Source: Anthoceros angustus | Taxonomy: Eukaryota; Plantae; Anthocerotophyta | Assembly: GCA_010909165.1 (NCBI GenBank) | Contig: MU008186.1 | Span: 186,001 to 250,000, forward strand | DNA length: 64,000 nt | Direction: 5' to 3' | Program-made: the position numbers and the translations under genes | In this document: positions 60,380-64,000 of the stretch, piece by piece | Layout: the number at the start of each line of letters is the position of its first letter | Numbering within the stretch: position 1 is the first letter of the stretch | Notes under the pieces: generated by a model | What the model saw: only the letters and a program-made list of their open reading frames with translations | Databases searched by the model: none | What the model was told of the DNA's origin: nothing

Positions 60380-61460
60380 CACGCCGTGCTTGCGGGGTGG
60401 TAAGCTTTGGTGCAAGACTTTGGAAATTTATTGAAGTCCTTGGCCATCGCCCCTTACGTTTCAAGTGCAAGCGGAATAAAGAGATGGCCTACTTGCACCC
60501 CATTATACTTTTTAACCTTGAGAGCCACTGCTCCGGCAGCAGCCCAACCTGGGCGGTTAGTGATGACCTAAACAAAGATGGTGTTGCGCATAGGGTAAGT
60601 TGCCACCATGTTCGCCACCGAAACCTAGTCGGCACAGACAAAGTACAAGTTAGCCCTGATTGAGCCACCTGTACGAAGAGTGTTGCCCCGCTTTCTCTAG
60701 GCCATGTAACCGCTTTCGCGAGATATGGCAAACAAGACATCGCGGATGGCGTCGTGGGTGGCGATGCGATGACCCCCCATGGGAACAATGAGCAAGGTGT
60801 ACCCTAGAGTCATCGAGGATAGAGCCACACTTGCAGGTAAGGAGGGAGGAAGCCACAAGCTAGAGCAGGCTAAGACGGAAACGCATTGCAGTCGTGAAGG
60901 TGGTTGGTACAATACGAAACCCCTTATTCATGGACGAGTCAGTAGCCAAGCGCCAGTGCCCTTCCCAAAACAAAAGCCAAGCCAAGCTCTAGTGGACCTG
61001 AGTGAAGCCGAGCTCTAGTGGCTCTGGTGGACCTGATGGAGGGGTCCAAGAGGACGGAGTGGAAAGCCTGGCCAAGCTACTTTTCAAGCAATGGCACCTG
61101 CAAACCCCTGAAATCATCAGTGATAAATGTCGAGAAAGGAGGGAATTCCCGCCGAGCATCCGCAGATAACATATCCCTGGCCCAACTTAAGGACATTTGG
61201 AAAGGGAAGGTTCCCTCCTCCACACAAAAAGCAAGATCCTCCCAAAAGGGCCTATCATGGAGGATAAAGCGAGAGGCAAAAGTAAGAGCAGATAGGGCCC
61301 AACTGCCCAAGAAAGCCACCGGGGAAGAAACCTCCAGTGAGAGTAGACCGGTGGCCCTGAATTGCACTGGCATGGACGCTTGCCAGCGGGTTAGATCGCC
61401 CGCAAGGCACTCAAAAGCCCCTAGGCTCATGATGTTCCCAATAGTATCCATGATTATTTT
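60380..61460 (-). mobile_element. Non-LTR retrotransposon 3' remnant with restriction-like endonuclease (CRE-like)
   Basis: Zn knuckle CKCGSILDDSRVHLAHCSHGG, then THDAIRDVL...R.NLYF...VA...K.KKY...FIPLALET.GRW; multiple stops and frameshifts. Confidence 0.7.
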
Positions 61461-61628
61461 TGGGGGTCCCCTTCGGTTCCCCTAATTTCATCTGGAGCTT
61501 CCAAGATTAGGCTCTCACGAATACTTTACATACTCCTAATAAATAGAGATAGGATGAACTCATCTATCATAGGATAGAAGAAGAAGAAGAGTTTTATTTA
61601 AGTCCACTAAGGATGGCACTCACCAACC

Positions 61629-62060
61629 TCACAACTCAAGAAAAAAAGCAACACAGGAAGGTAAAAAACTTGGCTCCTCCTTCACTTGCACCCAACTCCT
61701 CGTTCCAAGTGCGAGAGCTGTCGCCTCTACAACAACCTTCTTTCTCGTCAGTTGTTGCATGGACTCCCGGGCAGCTGCAAGATCACGGGAAGCTGAGAAC
61801 AACTCCTGGGACAAGGACAAGTCCCCGGGCTCTTCCTTGACCGCTTCTTGCTCTGCCATGTTTTGCCGGAGCTGGCGCACCCTGCTTCTCACCTTTAGGA
61901 ACTCCGCCTTTGCCATTCCTAAAGTCCTCTTCCAAATCCCTCGGCTTTGGCCTACCCCTTCCTCCTCCTTCCGGGAAGTCTAAAGGGCTAGAGCCTCCCT
62001 TCTTTCCCAGCACAGGCCTGCACTGCTAGAGACCCAAAGGGCCTCCAGTATAGTTCAGGA
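61629..62060 (-). mobile_element. L1-type LINE ORF2 fragment (endonuclease-RT linker)
   Basis: Helical linker ending GTRSWVQVKEEPSFL..FF resembles the RSRxxWxxxG(D/E)xxxxFF motif. Confidence 0.4.
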
Positions 62061-64000
62061 TGGTCGACTTGCACCCTTCTTCGCCTCCTCGCTCGCTTTG
62101 CTTCCACGTCCTCCCTTGTGACTCAGGGATGTGTAGCCACCCCTACGAGTCCTCATGCTGAATTTGCAAATAGAGGAGCTTGGATGGAGGAGAAATAAAG
62201 AGGATGAACGGCGGAGGAAGAAGGAAGGAAGGAAGGAGGGAGGAGGAAGAAGGGAGGTGGGAGATGGGCACAGACAGGAAGAAGGGTGGAGCAGCTTGGC
62301 AGAGAGAAGGAAGCAAGCAAGAGGCAGGGGGCAAGCAGGTAAAAGAAGGCAGAAGGCGGACAAGCAGTGCTAGCGGTGGAAGCAAGTAGGAGGCCGACAC
62401 TGGGTATACGCCCCCGTCTTTGTCCATTGGCCGAGTTCAAAATTGGGTGACGAGACGGCGAGCTTGAACTTGTACGCCCCATGTGTACCCCGTCCGCCTG
62501 AACTAGCCACCACCCATAGCCAGGAAATGCCGTCCCGTTCCACCTCCATGGCATCAACATGCCATCATGTTGCGCCCCCGGCCGCCCTGCACCTATTCCC
62601 CAGACATCTTGTAAACTGTGAGTTGTAGGAGACAACCGTTAATCAATGAATGAAATGCAAAGACATGCACAACTGGTAGAAAAAGAACAACATGTGCACA
62701 AGCTTTACTCTGACAGACCTTTGCCACTAAACATCCTGTGATCTTGGACATTCTTTGCGTACACAGCTGCCATAATACTAGCTCAAAACAAAGATCAGCA
62801 CCATGGTCAGCATTAAAGACTCGAAGCTTGCCACAAATAGCTGTTCAAAACCTTTAGGAAAAACAAAACATCAGGGCTCGGATTCACCAAGAAAGGTGGT
62901 TACTAAGAAGCTGCCTAGATGCACCGGGTAAAGCACACCCAGAGACTCACTACAAATAAAATGCTGCCGCAAACAAGCTGTGAAAACCTTTAACAAAAAA
63001 CAAAAAACTTCCCACTGATTCAAGCACGAGGGGACCTATTGTTCTTGTTACAAGGCACTGGAAAGTTGATAATATTAGTTGGCCAAGTGTCTGGCGTTAC
63101 TGGGACCGCCACCGGGAGGCGACTCTCAACAAGGCGCATGGTGACCTGCTTTTTGGTCCCATGATATATCTACACTACAAATTCCTTCCCTTCCGCCAAT
63201 CCTTTTTCAACAAAAAAACCCATTTCAGCTTGGCAGCCACAAGGCCGTGGCTTGCACCAGGTGAGTGGATTAGCTGTGCTAGCTTCACTCCATCCTCCAT
63301 TTCACTCAATCGCGTGCTCCGCTAGTGAGAGGCAATACGCCCGTGTGTGGATTCGCTGCTTCCGCTTTTGGAGGAATCGGGTAATGGCCAGGCATCTTCC
63401 CTACCTATGTGTAACGCCCAACTTATGTCAAGGCCTTGCCCAAACGCCACCGTTTCATTCATGGTGCCCGACCACTCAAGTAACCCGCGGCGCCCACGCC
63501 CGCGCTCCCTTGCAGTTTTGCAGGTGCCACTCTAGCGCGCGCGGGCCTGTCCCCGCTCCCGCCCTTCTTTCTCACCCTCCCACAATGTGGCCCTCCTCTA
63601 TGACATCTCGAGGGTCTCCAAATCAAAGAACGAAGAACCCCGGGAATCCGCATTCACCAGTCGAGGGTGACGCGCGTACGAGCCCTCTCCAAACTAGAGG
63701 TCCCCTGGAATCCGCCTTTCGCCCTTAGTGCTGTCCAAGGTGACACCAGCTACTAGTTAATTTTTTTGCCTCTTTTAATTTTTTTACCTTTTTATTTTGT
63801 CTTATCAATGGTTGTTACTATTATTTTGGATAAGATGATTGAACTGTAATCATTAGGTATTGAAAATTTTCTTTATTATTTTAGAGTTAAAAATAATACT
63901 TACCTAGGCAAGAGGTAAGCCTCTCTTTATATAAGGGGTGACATTAACTCTAAAAATTCATACCAAGTATTTTTGCTACGTTGGACGGAGGTGCATGGAG

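Noticed and set aside
62400-63730. Possible exons of a further minus-strand gene (MRLVESRLP... near 63140; MEVERDGISWLWVV... near 62540)
   Set aside because: No recognisable family and no supportable gene model.

Overview
Eukaryotic nuclear DNA from a compact, intron-rich land-plant genome, most likely a hornwort (inferred from a PLS-PPR gene with a KP-box, HAE, GRP-ending DYW domain). The core (10.4-42.7 kb) holds five intact spliced host genes: a UBR-box/RING E3 ligase of the PRT6/UBR family (+), a CCCH zinc-finger protein (+), APE1L (-), plastid ribosomal protein L24 (+) and UBP26 (-). It is flanked by two diverged, oppositely oriented, degenerate copies of one large DNA transposon (1-7.5 kb, truncated by the window edge, and 46.7-53.3 kb). 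Both copies have the same layout: an intron-containing Sola1-like DDD/E transposase, an unknown upstream ORF (ORF X), and a divergently oriented cargo gene for a prokaryote-type beta-class amino (N6-adenine/N4-cytosine) DNA methyltransferase. In copy 1 the methyltransferase is preceded by a ParB-like domain and possibly a PHD finger. This methyltransferase-carrying transposon is the best candidate for an undescribed system. Copy 2 also shows an exon inversion bounded by a 7-bp inverted microhomology and a 49-bp templated fold-back insertion in the SAM-binding motif. Further right lie a LINE ORF1-like ORF, the PPR-DYW:KP(GRP) gene with an OSB-type PDF motif, and CRE-like and L1-like retrotransposon remnants. 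Several 1.0-1.3 kb tandem duplications and many 1-nt indels in repeats may be long-read assembly errors, so pseudogene calls in those regions are provisional. All translations and alignments were done by eye; no database searches were run.
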